Notes under the pieces: generated by a model
The model's input: the letters and a program-made list of their open reading frames with translations, nothing else
What the model was told of the DNA's origin: nothing
Databases searched by the model: none
Assembly (NCBI GenBank): GCA_028023455.1
Contig: JAQFVV010000002.1
Location: 33,604,001 to 33,668,000, forward strand
Reading direction: 5' to 3'
DNA from: Epiperipatus broadwayi
Taxonomy: Eukaryota; Animalia; Onychophora
DNA length: 64,000 bases
Position numbers and translations under genes: made by a program
Shown: positions 61,700 through 64,000 of the stretch, piece after piece
How positions within the stretch are numbered: the first letter of the stretch is position 1
Layout: every line of letters starts with the position of its first letter

Positions 61700-62045
61700 C
61701 ATCTCATATTGATGACAACCTTGGCACTAACATGGGCTTTGAATGTTTCATCATCAGATTTTCAATGAAATGGATGGCTGAAAAGTTGTGGAGTGGAGTA
61801 GTTTGAAGCCTGTTCATTAAAGTATGAAGATTGGCTCTCTTAATATAAAGCTGAGCACTGATTGTATATATGTGTGGAGATCGTAATCTAGTCCAACTGA
61901 TGATTGCTGGTTTAGCATGAAATACATACAGTGGTGATTATTTATCTTTTCAACATGTATGTGATCAGGTGGGTCAGCAATATAAGATGGCTTGGAGAGT
62001 TGAGGGTCGTATGAAAGCCTGAGTTCGAATCCCTTATATATTACA
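61700..62045 (+). mobile_element. Family C copy with decayed hammerhead and B-box-like tail
   Basis: Core at 61897-61903; GAGTTCGAATCCC near 62021-62033. Confidence 0.75.
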
Positions 62046-63492
62046 TTATATAGATGTAGGTGTGTGTAAGCCTGTATAATGTATTAAATATCTAGATGAT
62101 GTAAAAAATCTCCATTTAGGTTTACTCTCTTACAATCCCAATTTAATTCACAAAATACATCTTGGATACTGCTTTAAAAATTTTTGCAGGAGTGGATCTA
62201 TTATATTCACTCATCGTTATTAATTTTCTTTGAGTGACTATTTAAAAAAAACATTCTTTAGAATACGACAATATTCTGTATCTATATCTTGATAATGCAA
62301 AGCATTAATTCCAATGGAATGCTTACTGGATCAAATCCCATTTCATAATCTACAATTACTATGACAATTCCTATTCACTATTTTTTTTATATACAACTTC
62401 TATCAACACTCGGTTGTGATCTATATTCCTGCACCCACTTTTCACTTTAGTAAATTCTTTAAATTCATTCATAATATCAATGCAAATAGTTGTTCCTTAT
62501 AAATTAATTAATTTCCCTAATCCCCCTCACATAATCTTTCCAGATTTATAATTTGCAATAACCACCAGTTATTATTCCTCTCCATTTATGTCAATACTCT
62601 CATCCAAAGTTGTCCCTCTATATTTATATCAATACTTTCATCAAAAGAAACTGAATACATTTCAGTACCTTAAAAAATAAAAAAATAATTTGGAAAACAG
62701 ATGTTTCTTTTTAGAACTAAAAAAAGTTAGCTCTTAACTGGATTGTAACTTAGTAGTAAATCTTTTAAATGTTTTATGATTTATCTTTTTCTTTAAAGTC
62801 TGCAAACAAAGAATTGCAGCCCTCTAAGAAAGCAATCTTCAAAACTCTCCTTCATAAAGCGATTTTCCATGTACCACAATCCTGTACACCAAATAAATAC
62901 TAGTGGACCTAATTTTAATTTTAAATGCAAGAAAATATTTAAGAGATCAGTTGCTCCAGTTTTGTAAAAGTATATGGCCATGGCTATTATAAGTTTTACA
63001 TCAATTATTGTAGTGAAAACTATTAAAGTCTATGATGAAAATAATTTTCACCAAAATTCAAAAGTTTCATGGATTTTATAAATATCTACAAGTGTCAGCC
63101 TACAACTAATGGGGTTATAGGTTCACCAGATTTATCATACCCCTTTATGCTTAGACTACCAACAAAACGCATGTGCCCCATGAAGGAGCATGAAGACATC
63201 AATGTCTTAATTGGGTCATGTTTTATGATCATGTGATGCAGATTTATATTTGCTTTGTGTTAGGTCATGTTTATTTGCTTATTCTTGACCTCCACACATC
63301 ATTAGAAAACACAAGAACAACCTGATACACAAACATGTTAATAAAATTCATTGGCATTCTCTGATAAGCTTTTGTTATCCCCTAGTTGTGATCATTGGTA
63401 TTATATATGTGCATTGAGTATTGAAAACACTTTTTTTTTTCATTTTCAAGTTGTTTTTACTTCTGCTCTTTTACATTTTTTAGGCCCATGAA

Positions 63493-64000
63493 ATGAGCCA
63501 TAAAGAAACGCTTATGGATGAAGCAATTCAGCATATTTTGGAGAAATCTGACAATAACTTGTTCAACTTTTCTGAAGATAATTCATTAGATAAATAGTAG
63601 AAAACCAATCATTGTGATGAGAACAAAGAAGAAAATAGCTCAGCCATTTAATATGAAGAATATGATCAACCTTCTATCAACATCCATGAACTGAGTTCAG
63701 ATGAGAGCAGTGGTCACAGTATGCTGCCCATGTCAGACAGATCCTCTGGGCCTAGATATACTATCATTTGAGATATCTCAATAGTCTCATAATATATACC
63801 AAATTGATCATCTGATAAAATGAACTGCTTTCTGCAATTGTTTCTTCATAGTGTGTTTACATTACTCCAATATCCAGTGTACTAAGAAACATTTGGATAT
63901 ATACTGAAAAATCCAAAAAGGCAATAGTTGCTTGGATGAATGATCATCATGAGTTCTGGCAATGTTCCCAGTATATATGATTATTGGTCCAATAATACCT
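63493..64000 (+). pseudogene. piggyBac-family transposase pseudogene (N-terminal part, runs off the window)
   Basis: Acidic N-terminus (LMDEAIQHILEKSD...), then FLQLF and LLG*MIIMSSGNVPSIYDYWS (PGBD-type P.I.DYWS motif); several stops. Confidence 0.7.

Noticed and set aside
1-64000. CRISPR arrays, rRNA, intact tRNA genes or bacterial operons
   Set aside because: None seen: repeats lack unique spacers, tRNA-like sequences are SINE copies, and the content is eukaryotic repeat DNA.

Overview
Very AT-rich, CpG-poor animal-type genomic DNA with no host protein-coding gene that I can support; nearly everything recognisable is transposon-derived. (1) A very young, almost intact 4.66-kb Ty3/Gypsy (Mag-type) LTR retrotransposon lies at 29059-33720, with 346-bp LTRs differing at one base, a CAATA target-site duplication, a tRNA-Ser PBS and one frameshift in an A9 run. 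(2) There are many RTE-type LINE remnants, a tRNA-Gly-derived SINE family (7 copies), piggyBac and Tc2-like DNA transposon remnants, a ~43-bp satellite and local tandem duplications. (3) The most striking feature is a dense set of head-to-head fold-back (inverted-repeat) insertions derived from Penelope-like elements (PLEs). Two still carry GIY-YIG coding sequence, and many carry minimal type-I hammerhead ribozyme (HHR) motifs with a short palindromic helix III. About 20 HHR or HHR-like motifs from several families are visible. They include cores where the C3-G8 tertiary pair is replaced by U3-A8 or A3-U8, a GUGACAA variant, families with an A-A mismatch at the base of helix II, and a tandem 55-nt monomer that is only a hammerhead. 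All structures were folded by eye; no activity, search or alignment program was run.
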